Below are positions 10,127 through 20,987 of a stretch of 53,431 bases of DNA, one piece after another (the stretch's first letter is position 1; each line of letters starts with the position of its first letter). This stretch comes from Bacilli bacterium (GTDB lineage: Bacteria > Bacillota_I > Bacilli_A > RFN20 > DUOF01): the NCBI GenBank assembly GCA_045612885.1, contig JAZKZZ010000009.1, positions 1-53,431 of the forward strand. The letters are read 5' to 3'. The translations under genes and the position numbers were made by a program. The notes under the pieces are model-generated. The model had not been told where the DNA came from. It was given only the letters and a program-made list of their open reading frames with translations, and did not search any database.

Positions 10127-10846
10127 TTATTTAGTTAATTTTTTTAAAGAAGATACTTCTTCTTTTGTTAATGGTCTAGATTGACCCTCATATAATCCTT
10201 TACTAGAAATACCTGCAAAAGAATCTCTATGAAGTTTTATAACTTCTTTATTGATTGCTTCAAACATCTTCTTTACTTGATGGTTTCTACCTTCATGGAT
10301 TGTTAATTCTACGATGGATTTATCTTTTTCCTTATTGTATTTATTTAATTTAGCTTTACAAGGAGCTGTTTTTCTTCCATCGATTATAACACCTTCTTCA
10401 AGATTAACTAAATCTTGATCAGTTACTTCACCTTTTACAGAGGCGATATATACTTTATCTACTTGCTTAGAAGGGTGAGTAAGTTTGTGTGCTAAATCTC
10501 CATCGTTTGTAAGAAGTAATACTCCTGTGGTATCAAAATCGAGTCTACCAACAGGATAAATTCTCTGTTTTACATTTTCTATGCAATCTAGAACCGTTTT
10601 TCTCCCTCTATCATCACTTACTGTAGCTACTGTATTTCTAGGTTTATTTAATAAAATATATACGTGTCTTTCTTTGTTAAAAAGTGTTTTACCCTCTACT
10701 GTAATTTTATCTTTTTCATCTACTTTAGTGCCTAGTTCAGTAACTACTTTATCATTTACTGTTACTTTTCCTTCAGTTATTAATTGCTCTGCTTTTCTTC
10801 TTGAGCAAATTCCAGCTTGTGCTATTACTTTTTGTAATCTTTCCAT
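10127..10846 (-). CDS. rluB: 23S rRNA pseudouridine synthase RluB
   Basis: MERLQKVIAQAGICSRRKAE S4 domain, YPVGRLDFDTTG, EGRNHQVKKM. Confidence 0.93.
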   Translation of the reverse strand: MERLQKVIAQAGICSRRKAEQLITEGKVTVNDKVVTELGTKVDEKDKITVEGKTLFNKERHVYILLNKPRNTVATVSDDRGRKTVLDCIENVKQRIYPVGRLDFDTTGVLLLTNDGDLAHKLTHPSKQVDKVYIASVKGEVTDQDLVNLEEGVIIDGRKTAPCKAKLNKYNKEKDKSIVELTIHEGRNHQVKKMFEAINKEVIKLHRDSFAGISSKGLYEGQSRPLTKEEVSSLKKLTK

Positions 10847-10944
10847 TATTAATCACCAACCGATTAATATTATACTAGAATTACAGTATTGATAAAAGAG
10901 GCAATATCAATTATAATTTTAAATATAGGATGGATGTGGTTTAA

Positions 10945-11628
10945 ATGAAACGAAATAGTTTATATGAATACACTTTGGATGAATTAAATACTAGACAAGA
11001 CATGGCTACCAATCAAAAGAAATATTCTTGGTATGATGCTGCGATGGCTTTATGTACCCTTGAATTTGATCATGAATTGATAATAAATTCTGAATTGGGA
11101 AAGTTATCTCAAAGAAAGTTAACTAACTATAAGATAAATGAACCACATGCTAATGATGTAATTGTTACATTAAGAAAATTACTTAGTGTTATGAGTAAGA
11201 TATATATAAAAAAGAGAATGTTCACAGAATTTGAAGAAAGACAATATCATAAAATTAATAATGATATTTTAGAAATTTTTGATGAATTAAGTAAATATAA
11301 AGAATTTGATGATGTATATAAAGCATATGAGAATTATATGGAGTGTGTTTGTGAATATCAATGCCTAGTGAATTTAGAATTTTTAACAAAAGAAATTGGT
11401 AAACAAGCACAAGAATTTAATGCTTCACCATCTGTATATGACTTGTTAGATGAGGTTTTAAGTACTATCAAGAATAGAAATGTTAGCAGAGAAGATGTGG
11501 AAAAATTAAATAAAATTGTTAATAATACAGATTTTACTGACTTAAATGAAAGTTTAGTTAATAGATATCTTCGTTACATTAAATCATTTTCTGATATTGT
11601 TAATACTAAACAAATCAACAAAAGATAA
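10945..11628 (+). CDS. Hypothetical alpha-helical protein
   Basis: 227-aa ORF with its own terminator; no recognisable motif. Confidence 0.7.
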   Translation: MKRNSLYEYTLDELNTRQDMATNQKKYSWYDAAMALCTLEFDHELIINSELGKLSQRKLTNYKINEPHANDVIVTLRKLLSVMSKIYIKKRMFTEFEERQYHKINNDILEIFDELSKYKEFDDVYKAYENYMECVCEYQCLVNLEFLTKEIGKQAQEFNASPSVYDLLDEVLSTIKNRNVSREDVEKLNKIVNNTDFTDLNESLVNRYLRYIKSFSDIVNTKQINKR

Positions 11629-11629
11629 C

Positions 11630-11657
11630 AAAAGGATATTAAATATATCCTTTTTTT
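11630..11657 (+). terminator. Intrinsic terminator
   Basis: AAAAGGATAT...ATATCCTTTT followed by a T-tract. Confidence 0.7.
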
Positions 11658-11692
11658 ATTTTAATTTGCTAATATATTAAAGGGTGTTAAAT

Positions 11693-12190
11693 ATGGAAAA
11701 CATTACTGAAGTAAGTAAAAAGAAAATATATCAAATTATAAATGAAAAGAAAAATGAGATGGAGTCTCCACTTATGGCGATTTTAAGTGAGATACAAGCT
11801 ACTTTTGGCTATATTGATTTAGAAGTGCAAGAAATAGTTAGTAAAGAATTAGGAATAAGCAAGAGTGATGTATATGGGGTAGTTAGTTTTTATTCATATT
11901 TTTCCATGAAACCTAAAGGAAAATATGTAATAGGTGTTTGTTTTGGTACAGCTTGTTATGTAAAAGGGACTCAAGCAATCATCGATGAGTTTAGTTCTAA
12001 ATTGGGAATTAAACCTGGAGAAACAACTGAAGATGGTTTGTTTTCTATTGATATTTTAAGATGTATTGGTGCTTGTGGATTAGCTCCAGTTATTAGCGTT
12101 AATGGAAAAATATATCCTCATGTTGAGATTAAGGATGTAAGTAAAATCATTAAGGAGTATAAAGATAAAGAGGTGAATGTTAATGAGTAA
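11693..12190 (+). CDS. hydC: [FeFe]-hydrogenase gamma subunit (NuoE-like, 2Fe-2S)
   Basis: VYGVVSFYSYF, VCFGTACYVKG, RCIGACGLAP. ATG 11693 follows the RBS. Confidence 0.9.
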   Translation: MENITEVSKKKIYQIINEKKNEMESPLMAILSEIQATFGYIDLEVQEIVSKELGISKSDVYGVVSFYSYFSMKPKGKYVIGVCFGTACYVKGTQAIIDEFSSKLGIKPGETTEDGLFSIDILRCIGACGLAPVISVNGKIYPHVEIKDVSKIIKEYKDKEVNVNE

Positions 12191-14039
12191 ATTCAGTTCA
12201 ATAAAAAAATTACAAGACTATATTTCAAAATTAGAAGAACAAAAAGAAAATAACAAACTTGTAATTTCTTTTTGTAGTTCAAGTGGATGTGTTGCTAATA
12301 AATCCAATGAAATAAGAGTTAGATTTGAAGAATTAATAAAAGAACATAAATTAGAAAAAAAAGTTGAAACTAAATGTGTAGGTTGTTTTGGATTTTGTTC
12401 GCAAGGGCCTTTTGTAAAGATCTATCCAGATAACGTTACTTATAAACTAGTGAAAGAAAGTGATGTTGATGAGATTTTCTTAACTCATATAATAGGAAAA
12501 AAGATTGTTGAAAGATTAGTTTTTAGAAATAGTAAAGGCGAAACTGAAAAAGATTATAGAAAAACAGAATTCTTTAACAAGCAAAAAAGAGTAGCTTTAA
12601 ATGGATGTGGAGATATTGATCCTAGCAATATTGATGATGCATTTAAAATAGGTGCTTATAAAGCTTTTGCTAGGTGTTTAGGAGAATTATCTAGACAAGA
12701 TGTTATTGATGAAGTTAGTTATGCTGGTTTAAGAGGTAGAGGTGGAGGAGGATTCCCTACTGGAAGAAAATGGGCTAGTGCAGCGGTAGAAAATAGTGAA
12801 ATTAAATATGTTATTTGTAATGGAGATGAAGGAGATCCAGGTGCATTCATGGATAGATCTATTTTGGAGAGTAATCCTCATGCTGTGGTAGAGGGCATGC
12901 TAATAGCAGGTTATGCAATTGGAGCGTGTAAAGGATTTATTTATGTGAGAGCTGAATATCCTTTAGCAGTTGCTAGATTTAAAAAAGCGATTAATGATGC
13001 TAAAGAGTATGGATTACTTGGAGAGAATATTTTAGGAACAGATTATAGTTTTGATATTGAAATAAGATTAGGAGCAGGAGCCTTTGTTTGTGGAGAAGAG
13101 ACAGCGCTTATAGCTTCAATTGAATCTCAAAGAGGAATGCCAAGAGCTAAACCTCCTTTTCCAAGTCAAAAAGGATTATTTAATAAACCTACAATTATTA
13201 ATAATGTGGAAACTTTCGCCAATGTTCCATTTATCTTAAGAGAAGGTGGAAAAGAAAACTTCCATAAATTAGGAAGTGAGAAGAGTAAGGGAACTAAAGT
13301 TTTTGCTCTTGCTGGAAAAGTTAAAAATGTTGGTTTAGTAGAAGTTGAAATGGGTACTACATTAAGAGAGTTAATATATGATATAGGTGGAGGAATAGCT
13401 AATGATAAGAAATTTAAAGCTATTCAAACTGGGGGTCCTAGTGGAGGATGTCTAACTGAAAAGGATTTAGATACTCCGATTGATTTTGACACTCTATTAG
13501 CTAGAGGATCTATGATGGGTAGTGGAGGAGCTATCGTTATGGATGAAGATAACTGTATGATTGATGTTGCTAAATTCTATTTGCAATTCATCGTAGATGA
13601 ATCATGTGGAAAATGTAGTCCTTGTAGAATTGGAAGTAAGGCTATGCTTAATATTTTAGATAAGATTACTGAAGGTAAGGCTACATTAAGTGATTTAGAT
13701 GAATTAGAGAGATTAGCTTATCAAATAAAAGATACAGCATTATGTGGATTAGGACAAAGCGCTCCAAACCCTGTATTATCTACACTTAAGAATTTTAAGG
13801 AAGAATATATTGAACACATTGTAGAACATAAATGTAGAGCTAAAGTATGTAGAAAGATGATAGAGTATAGTGTTCTAGAAGAAAAGTGTAAGAAGTGTGG
13901 ATTATGTGCAAGAAATTGTCCTGTTAATGCAATAAATGGCGTTGTTGGAAAAGAAACATTTGTAATAGATAAAGAAAAGTGTATTAAGTGTGGATTATGT
14001 TTAAGTAATTGTCCATTTAAAGCAATTGTGAAGGAGTAG
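12177..14039 (+). CDS. hydB: [FeFe]-hydrogenase beta subunit (NuoF-like FMN/NADH)
   Basis: GLRGRGGGGFPTG, CNGDEGDPGAFMDR, GAGAFVCGEETAL, ESCGKCSPCRIG, C-terminal 2[4Fe-4S]. Confidence 0.93.
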   Translation: MLMSKFSSIKKLQDYISKLEEQKENNKLVISFCSSSGCVANKSNEIRVRFEELIKEHKLEKKVETKCVGCFGFCSQGPFVKIYPDNVTYKLVKESDVDEIFLTHIIGKKIVERLVFRNSKGETEKDYRKTEFFNKQKRVALNGCGDIDPSNIDDAFKIGAYKAFARCLGELSRQDVIDEVSYAGLRGRGGGGFPTGRKWASAAVENSEIKYVICNGDEGDPGAFMDRSILESNPHAVVEGMLIAGYAIGACKGFIYVRAEYPLAVARFKKAINDAKEYGLLGENILGTDYSFDIEIRLGAGAFVCGEETALIASIESQRGMPRAKPPFPSQKGLFNKPTIINNVETFANVPFILREGGKENFHKLGSEKSKGTKVFALAGKVKNVGLVEVEMGTTLRELIYDIGGGIANDKKFKAIQTGGPSGGCLTEKDLDTPIDFDTLLARGSMMGSGGAIVMDEDNCMIDVAKFYLQFIVDESCGKCSPCRIGSKAMLNILDKITEGKATLSDLDELERLAYQIKDTALCGLGQSAPNPVLSTLKNFKEEYIEHIVEHKCRAKVCRKMIEYSVLEEKCKKCGLCARNCPVNAINGVVGKETFVIDKEKCIKCGLCLSNCPFKAIVKE

Positions 14040-14044
14040 GTAAT

Positions 14045-15769
14045 ATGGTGAAAGTAAAGATAAATGATATTGAATATTCTTTTAAAGATAATATGACTGC
14101 TCTAGAAGCTTGTAGGGAGATAGGTATTGATATTCCTACTCTTTGTTATCTAAAAGATTTAAATGAAACTAGTAACTGTAGGGTGTGTTTAGTAGAAGTT
14201 AAAGGATTTAATAAGTTGATGACTTCATGTAATTTAAAATTAACTGAAGGAATGGAAATATATACTAGTACGCCTAGAGTAATTGAGGCTAGAAGGGCGG
14301 CAGTAGAATTACTATTAAGTAATCATAGCAATCGATGTTTGAATTGTCATGCTAATGGAAGATGTGAACTTCAAGAGGCTAGCAAGATGGTTGGAGCAAA
14401 AGAGAGAATTACTAATGATTTAAAAGAAGCTATTGTAGATGAGTTCAGTAATTCAATATGCAGAGATAGTAGTAAGTGTATATTATGTGGAAGATGTATA
14501 GAAGCTTGTAAAAAATATCAAGGATTAGGGATTTTAGGTTTTGAAAACAGAGGATATGAGACCTTTGTTTCTCCTTTCGCTAATAAATCTTTTAAAGATG
14601 TAGAGTGTATTAAATGTGGACAATGTGTAAATGTTTGTCCTACTGGCGCTTTATATGTGAAAGAAGAAATTGAAAATGTATTAAAAGCATTTGCGAGTGG
14701 AAAAAAAGTATTTGTACAAACTGCTCCTGCAGTAAGAGTATCTTTAGGAGAACATTTTGGTTACAAGATTGGTACTAATGTTACAGGAAAAATGGTTAGT
14801 GCATTAAAGAAATTAGGTTTTTATAGAGTATATGATACGAATTTTGGTGCAGATTTAACTATTATGGAAGAAGCTCATGAATTACTTGAAAGAATCAAGA
14901 GTAAAAAGAAAAGTCCGATGTTTACTTCATGTTGTCCTGGGTGGGTGAGTTATATGATGGATAACTATCCAGAACTTAAAAATCATATGTCTAGTTGTAA
15001 GTCTCCACATATGATGTTAGGTAGTTTAATTAAATCTCGTTTTAGTGAAGTTAATAATTTAAATAGAGAAGATATATACGTAGTATCTATCATGCCTTGT
15101 AGTGCTAAAAAAGAAGAAAGAACTTTAATAAATAAACAAGGGGATTATGATGTAGATGCTGTATTAACAACTAGAGAATTGGCTAGATTAATAAAAATGG
15201 CTGGTATTGATTTTAATTCTTTAGAAGATTCAGAGTTTGATAGTGATTTGTTTGGTGAGTATAGTGGTGCTGCTTCAATATTTGGTGTAAGTGGAGGAGT
15301 AATGGAAGCTGCTTTAAGAACAGCATATCATGCATTAACTAATAAAGAATATCCACTTATTAGATTTGAAGAAGTAAGAGGGAAGAAGAATGTTAAAGAG
15401 GCTACTATCAAGATAAGAAGAAAAGAAATAAAAGTAGCAGTAGTTCATACAATGAAAGCTATAAAGCCAATTTTAGAAGATCTTAAAAATGGCAAATGTA
15501 AATATGATTTTATAGAAGTTATGGCTTGTCCTCTAGGTTGTATAAATGGAGGAGGTCAAATTCATCAAAAACCATTATTAATGAATAAAGAAGATAGAGA
15601 TAATATCTTGTTAGTTAAGTATAAACGTGCTAAAGGATTATATAAAATTGATGAAAGTAAAGAATTAAGACAATCTCATAATAATACTCAAATAAAAGAA
15701 TTATATGAGAATTACTTATCTGAACCGGGAAGTGAATTGGCGCATAAATTATTGCACAGAGAATACTAG
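14045..15769 (+). CDS. hydA: [FeFe]-hydrogenase catalytic subunit (group A, trimeric, likely electron-bifurcating)
   Basis: H-cluster motifs FTSCCPGW, MPCSAKKEE, EVMACPLGCINGGGQ; N-terminal Fe-S domains. Confidence 0.95.
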   Translation: MVKVKINDIEYSFKDNMTALEACREIGIDIPTLCYLKDLNETSNCRVCLVEVKGFNKLMTSCNLKLTEGMEIYTSTPRVIEARRAAVELLLSNHSNRCLNCHANGRCELQEASKMVGAKERITNDLKEAIVDEFSNSICRDSSKCILCGRCIEACKKYQGLGILGFENRGYETFVSPFANKSFKDVECIKCGQCVNVCPTGALYVKEEIENVLKAFASGKKVFVQTAPAVRVSLGEHFGYKIGTNVTGKMVSALKKLGFYRVYDTNFGADLTIMEEAHELLERIKSKKKSPMFTSCCPGWVSYMMDNYPELKNHMSSCKSPHMMLGSLIKSRFSEVNNLNREDIYVVSIMPCSAKKEERTLINKQGDYDVDAVLTTRELARLIKMAGIDFNSLEDSEFDSDLFGEYSGAASIFGVSGGVMEAALRTAYHALTNKEYPLIRFEEVRGKKNVKEATIKIRRKEIKVAVVHTMKAIKPILEDLKNGKCKYDFIEVMACPLGCINGGGQIHQKPLLMNKEDRDNILLVKYKRAKGLYKIDESKELRQSHNNTQIKELYENYLSEPGSELAHKLLHREY

Positions 15770-15781
15770 GAGGAAAAAAAT

Positions 15782-16162
15782 ATGGAATTTGTAAAATGTA
15801 ATCATTGCGGAAACATCGTGGCATATGTGAAAAATAAGGGAGTTAGAGTTTCTTGTTGTTTAGAACCTATGAAAGCTTTAATCCCAAATAGTGAAGAGGC
15901 AAGTGTAGAAAAACATGTACCTGTTTACTATAGAGATGGAAAATATTTAGTAGTAGAAGTATCTGATGTTAAACATCCAATGGAAGAACATCATTATATT
16001 GAATGGGTTGCTTTAGTTACTAAACATGGTAATCAAAGAAAAGTTTTAAAGCCTAATATGGATCCTGCTGTTAGATTCTTAGTAGAAGAAGATGATGAAG
16101 TATTGGAATTATACGCTTATTGTAATCTTCATGGATTATGGAAGGGTAAAGAAAAACAATAA
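15782..16162 (+). CDS. dfx: Desulfoferrodoxin / superoxide reductase
   Basis: CNHCGN...CC centre I, EKHVP, HPM, CNLHG. Confidence 0.9.
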   Translation: MEFVKCNHCGNIVAYVKNKGVRVSCCLEPMKALIPNSEEASVEKHVPVYYRDGKYLVVEVSDVKHPMEEHHYIEWVALVTKHGNQRKVLKPNMDPAVRFLVEEDDEVLELYAYCNLHGLWKGKEKQ

Positions 16163-16168
16163 AAAAAG

Positions 16169-16201
16169 AAGCTATAAAGTAATATCTTTATAGCTTTTTT
16201 T
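16169..16201 (+). terminator. Intrinsic terminator
   Basis: AAGCTATAAAG-taatat-CTTTATAGCTT followed by a T-tract. Confidence 0.85.
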
Positions 16202-16265
16202 GTAGTCTCAAATTATTCAAAAATAGATTAATTAATAATATAATTAAAAAAAGGAGTGAGTAATA

Positions 16266-17585
16266 GTGAAAAAAATAAGTATAGAGTGGTTAGAAAAAAA
16301 TGAAAAAGATTACAAAAAGAATGATAAATTAAACACATTACAACGAGCGTTAGTAAAAAATAGTATTAGCAATGCTAGTTACGATAATAAGGTACAAGGA
16401 AAAGATACTTTTAGATTTTCTATAGATATTAAGACTATGACTGCTACTAATCAAAAACAAAGTGGAAGATGTTGGATTTTTGCAGGGTTAAATGTATTAA
16501 GAGAGATAGTAGCAAATAAGTATGGAATCGAGAGTTTTGAATTTTCACAAAATTATGTGGCTTTTTATGATAAATTAGAAAAGATTAATTTTGCATTAGA
16601 AAAATTAATTGAACTAAGAAATAAAGAGAATGATGACCGTGTGGTATTGTGGTTGCTTGATAATGGTATTGCAGATGGTGGTCAATGGGATATGCTAGTT
16701 AATGTTATTGAAAAATATGGATTAGTGAGTAAAGATGCAATGCTTGAAACGGAAATTAGTAGTTCTACTAGAGAAATTAATTATTTAATTAATTGTATGA
16801 TAAGAAAATTTAATGGAAAAATAAGAAAGATGAAGAAATTAGAAGATATCGAAGCATTTAAGGATAAAACAATGAAAGATGCTTATAATTTACTTTGTAC
16901 ATGTTTTGGTACTCCTCCAACTAAATTTGATTTTGAATATGTGGATAAAAATATGAATTATCACATAGAAAAAGGAGTAAAACCATTAGAGTTTTATAAA
17001 CATTATGTAGGTAATGTTTTAAAGGATTATGTAAGTATTATAAACGCCCCTACTAGTGATAAACCATTTAATAAAGTTTATACTGTAGATTATTTAGGTA
17101 ATGTAATTGGTGGAAATGATATTAAATATTTAAATTTAGAGTTAAAAGAATTTAAAGATTTAGTAGTTAAGCAATTAAAAGATAAAGAAGTTGTATGGTT
17201 TGGAAGTGATTGTTCTAGATATGGTGATAGAAGTCTAGGAATCTGGGATGATAATCTATTTACATATAGTGAAAGTTTTGGAATAGATTTTAAATTAACT
17301 AAAGAAGAAGCTTTAGATAATAGAAATAGTGCCATGAATCATGCGATGGTTATTACAGGAGTTAACCTAGATGAGGATAAGTCTACCAAATGGAAAATAG
17401 AAAATAGTTGGGGTAGTGATGTTGCTAATAAAGGATATTATTTATGTAGTGATTCTTGGTTTGATAGATTTGTATATCAAGCTGTAGTTAATAAAAAATA
17501 TTTGACTAAAGAACAAAAAGATATGTTTAAAAAGAAAGTGACTCATTTAAATCCATGGGATCCAATGGGGACTTTAGCAAATTAG
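16266..17585 (+). CDS. pepC: Cysteine aminopeptidase C (bleomycin hydrolase family)
   Basis: QKQSGRCWIFA, MNHAM, ENSWG, C-terminal PWDPMGTLA. Confidence 0.95.
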   Translation: MKKISIEWLEKNEKDYKKNDKLNTLQRALVKNSISNASYDNKVQGKDTFRFSIDIKTMTATNQKQSGRCWIFAGLNVLREIVANKYGIESFEFSQNYVAFYDKLEKINFALEKLIELRNKENDDRVVLWLLDNGIADGGQWDMLVNVIEKYGLVSKDAMLETEISSSTREINYLINCMIRKFNGKIRKMKKLEDIEAFKDKTMKDAYNLLCTCFGTPPTKFDFEYVDKNMNYHIEKGVKPLEFYKHYVGNVLKDYVSIINAPTSDKPFNKVYTVDYLGNVIGGNDIKYLNLELKEFKDLVVKQLKDKEVVWFGSDCSRYGDRSLGIWDDNLFTYSESFGIDFKLTKEEALDNRNSAMNHAMVITGVNLDEDKSTKWKIENSWGSDVANKGYYLCSDSWFDRFVYQAVVNKKYLTKEQKDMFKKKVTHLNPWDPMGTLAN

Positions 17586-17599
17586 AGGGGAAAATATAA

Positions 17600-19405
17600 A
17601 TGGAAAGAGAAGAAGCTAATAATAAGTATAAATGGGACTTGAGTGATATTTATCTTACTCAAGAAGATTGGGATAAAGATTTTAATGACTTAGTATCAAA
17701 TATTGATAAGTTTTTAAGTTATAAAGGAAAGTTTAATAATAAAGAAACTTTAGAGGATTATAATAAATTTGATGAAGAATTTTCTAGAAAGTTCATGAAA
17801 TTGTATATTTATGCTTATCTAGGTCATGATATAAGTTTAAAGGATACTAGATTTGAAACTAATTTAGCTAAAATTGCATCTTTACAATCTAAGTTGGCAC
17901 AAGTTACATCGTATATTTCTCCTGAAATGGCAGGCTTAGATGATAAGTATCTTAATGAATTAATAAATGATGATAGATTTAAAGATTATAAAAAGGCGTA
18001 TGAAGGTATTATAAAAAACAAAAAGCATGTCTTAAGTGAAGAACAAGAAGCAGCATTAGCTATTACTAGTGATTATAATGATGGTTTTAGTGAGATATAT
18101 GATACTTTAATGGATACTGATTTAACTTTTGATAGTTTTTATGTTGATGGCAAAGAATATAAAATGTCTAATGAAAAATACAGTGCTTATTTAACTAATT
18201 GTAATAGAGAAATAAGAGAAAAAGCTTACAATAGTTTATATAAATCTTATAAACAATTTGCTCATACTTTTGCTAAGATTTTTATTTACCATTTAAAGAT
18301 GAGTAGTAGTGATTTAAAACTTAGAAAATATGAATCTTATCTTTCTGGTGCATTAGAGGGAAGCAATATACCCGTTACTGTTTATAATAAATTAATTGAG
18401 AAAGTTAATGAAAATGTAGATGTTATGAAATCATATTTCCATCTTTTGAAAAAAGAAACAGGAATAAAGGATTTTTCATTTTTTGATAGTTATGTTTCAA
18501 TAAGTTCTTTAGATAAAACTTATGATTATGAAACACAAACTAAAATTGTTAAGGATGCATTAAGTGTTTTAGGTAAAGAATATCAAGAGTTGTTAGATAA
18601 AGCTTATAATGAACATTGGATAGATGTCTATCCTAGTGACACTAAATCTAGTGGTGGATATCAATATGGAGCTTATGATACACATCCATATGTATTCTTA
18701 AATAATACTGACAATTACGATAGTATGTCTACTTTAGCTCATGAATTAGGACATGCGATGCACAGTTATTATTCAAAAAAATATCAACCATATCCTACAA
18801 GTAATTATTCTATCTATGTGGCAGAAGTAGCTAGTACTGTAAATGAGATATTATTAAATAAATATATGATAGCACACAGTGAAACTATAGAAGATAAAAT
18901 ATTCTTTATTGATCAATATGTAAAACAAATTAAAGCAACAGTGTTTAGACAAACTATGTTCTCTGAATTTGAACAAAAGATGCACGAATTAATAGAAGAT
19001 CAAATTCCAATGAATTTAGAAAAAATTAATAAAGTGTATTATGAAGTTTTAAATAAACATTTTGATGGTGCGATTAAAATTGATGAAAATATTAATCATG
19101 AATGGATAAGAATAAGCCATTTTTATAGGCCTTTCTATGTATATAAGTATGCAACTAGCTACACTTGTGCTAATTATATAGCAACTTGTATTTTAGAAAA
19201 TAAAAATAATATGAAAGAAAAATATTTTGAGTTATTAAAGAGCGGTGGAAAAGATTGGCCAGACACGTTACTTAAAAATGTTGGTGTTGATTTAAGTAGT
19301 GATGCACCATACGACACTTTATTTAATGATTTAGAAAATTCTATTCAAAAGTTAGAAAAATTACTAAAAGAGAAAATAAAAAATAAAGATTCAAAGAGGC
19401 TATAG
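17600..19405 (+). CDS. pepF: Oligoendopeptidase F (M3B)
   Basis: YKWDLSDIY, TLAHELGHAMHS, AEVASTVNE, HFYRPFYVYKYA. Confidence 0.95.
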   Translation: MEREEANNKYKWDLSDIYLTQEDWDKDFNDLVSNIDKFLSYKGKFNNKETLEDYNKFDEEFSRKFMKLYIYAYLGHDISLKDTRFETNLAKIASLQSKLAQVTSYISPEMAGLDDKYLNELINDDRFKDYKKAYEGIIKNKKHVLSEEQEAALAITSDYNDGFSEIYDTLMDTDLTFDSFYVDGKEYKMSNEKYSAYLTNCNREIREKAYNSLYKSYKQFAHTFAKIFIYHLKMSSSDLKLRKYESYLSGALEGSNIPVTVYNKLIEKVNENVDVMKSYFHLLKKETGIKDFSFFDSYVSISSLDKTYDYETQTKIVKDALSVLGKEYQELLDKAYNEHWIDVYPSDTKSSGGYQYGAYDTHPYVFLNNTDNYDSMSTLAHELGHAMHSYYSKKYQPYPTSNYSIYVAEVASTVNEILLNKYMIAHSETIEDKIFFIDQYVKQIKATVFRQTMFSEFEQKMHELIEDQIPMNLEKINKVYYEVLNKHFDGAIKIDENINHEWIRISHFYRPFYVYKYATSYTCANYIATCILENKNNMKEKYFELLKSGGKDWPDTLLKNVGVDLSSDAPYDTLFNDLENSIQKLEKLLKEKIKNKDSKRL

Positions 19406-19418
19406 TTAGCCTCTTTTC
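19393..19418 (+). terminator. Intrinsic terminator
   Basis: AAGAGGCTA-tagt-TAGCCTCTTTT. Confidence 0.7.
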
Positions 19419-19487
19419 GCTATTTATGTTGCTATCTAAATATGATAAATATAATTTAAAGAAAAAGAAAGAAAATATTAATAGGGT

Positions 19488-19516
19488 TCATAATAAAGGG
19501 AATATAGGCATAATTT
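19488..19516 (+). promoter_or_regulatory. SigE-type mother-cell promoter of dacB
   Basis: TCATAAT, 14 bp, CATAATTT. This fits the SigE consensus, and dacB is SigE-controlled in Bacillus. Confidence 0.6.
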
Positions 19517-19531
19517 ATTATTGGTGAGACA

Positions 19532-20578
19532 ATGAAAAAGATTATGTCTATTTTTGTTATATTAACGAGTATTTTATCTAGTAAGAGTATAAAATCTAGT
19601 TATGAACAATATTTAAACAAATCATATGTAGTGATGAATTCTTTAAATAATGAAGTAATTGAGGGGAAGAATATTCATTTAGTTAGAAGTGTGGCATCAG
19701 TGTCTAAAATAATGACTGCGATAGTAGCTATTGAAAATGGAAATTTAGAAAAAGAGGTAATAATAACTAAGGAAGATATAGATACTTATGGTAGCAGTAT
19801 ATATTTAGAAGTGGGAGATAAAGTACGTTTATTGGATTTAGTTTATGGGTTAATGCTAAGGAGTGGGAATGACGCTAGTAAAGCAATTGCTAGAAATGTT
19901 GGAGGAACTCAAGAAAAATTTATTGATATGATGAATGAAAAAGCTATAAATATAGGTATGAAGAATTCTACATTCACCAATCCAAGTGGTTTAGATGTAA
20001 ATGAGACAGGAAATTTATCTACTAGTTATGATTTAGCTTTACTTATGTCATATGCGATTAAAAATGATGAGTTTTTAAAGATAAGTGGAACTAAAGAATA
20101 TAAAAGTTATAAAGGAATTTGGAATAATAAAAACAAACTACTTAGAAATTATAAAAATACAATAGCAGGAAAAACGGGGTTTACTTATAAGGCAAAAAGA
20201 ACTCTAGTTACGGCTGCAAAAGAGGATGAAACAACTTTAGTTATTGTCACTCTTGATTGTGGAAATGATTTCAATTTTCATAAATTTTTATATGAAAGAA
20301 ATTTTGATAAATATATTTCTAAACAAATTTTTAATAAAGGAGAAAATTATATAGAAGATTACATATTAACATGTAACCGAGATATATATTTAATTTTAGA
20401 AAAAGAGAGGATGAATAGTTATAAACTTATTCATAAAATAGATGGTGACTATGCTACTAGCTATTTGGTGAATGATAATAATGAAAAAGAAATAGGAAGA
20501 TGCAAAGTAAGTCAAGTGAAAAAAAATGTTGATTTGTCACTTTTTAAAAAAATTAAAAGGTGGTTTATTAGAAAATAG
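19532..20578 (+). CDS. dacB: D-alanyl-D-alanine carboxypeptidase (spore cortex)
   Basis: SxxK (SVSK), SGN, KTG; near spmAB. Confidence 0.85.
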   Translation: MKKIMSIFVILTSILSSKSIKSSYEQYLNKSYVVMNSLNNEVIEGKNIHLVRSVASVSKIMTAIVAIENGNLEKEVIITKEDIDTYGSSIYLEVGDKVRLLDLVYGLMLRSGNDASKAIARNVGGTQEKFIDMMNEKAINIGMKNSTFTNPSGLDVNETGNLSTSYDLALLMSYAIKNDEFLKISGTKEYKSYKGIWNNKNKLLRNYKNTIAGKTGFTYKAKRTLVTAAKEDETTLVIVTLDCGNDFNFHKFLYERNFDKYISKQIFNKGENYIEDYILTCNRDIYLILEKERMNSYKLIHKIDGDYATSYLVNDNNEKEIGRCKVSQVKKNVDLSLFKKIKRWFIRK

Positions 20579-20664
20579 AAAAATAAGGAATAAATTTTAA
20601 TAGAATAAATATATTTATACTAAGGAAAAAATATGTTATTATATGTTTATAGGAGGAAATATAA

Positions 20665-20904
20665 ATGAAATTTGATAAGTGGTTTCATAAACAATCTAGA
20701 TTAGTACAATTCATTTTATTATTAATCCCTGGTGTAAACTGGATTATGGAATTGTTAGTAAGATTATCTGTTTATTTAAGAACTAAAGATACTGTAGATT
20801 TAGTTGTAGCTATTTTAGCTATAATTCCATTTACTGGAGTAATAATTGGATACGTAGATCTAGTATGGGTATTATTATTTAATCGTTTAGTACTTGTTAA
20901 GTAG
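20665..20904 (+). CDS. Small membrane protein
   Basis: Strong RBS AGGAGG, 79 aa hydrophobic, own terminator at about 20918-20949. Confidence 0.7.
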   Translation: MKFDKWFHKQSRLVQFILLLIPGVNWIMELLVRLSVYLRTKDTVDLVVAILAIIPFTGVIIGYVDLVWVLLFNRLVLVK

Positions 20905-20987
20905 TAAATCATAAATATAAAGGTAAATATAAGTTATTTACCTTTTTTTAATTTATAAAAACTTTTATTATATATATAGGTGATAAT

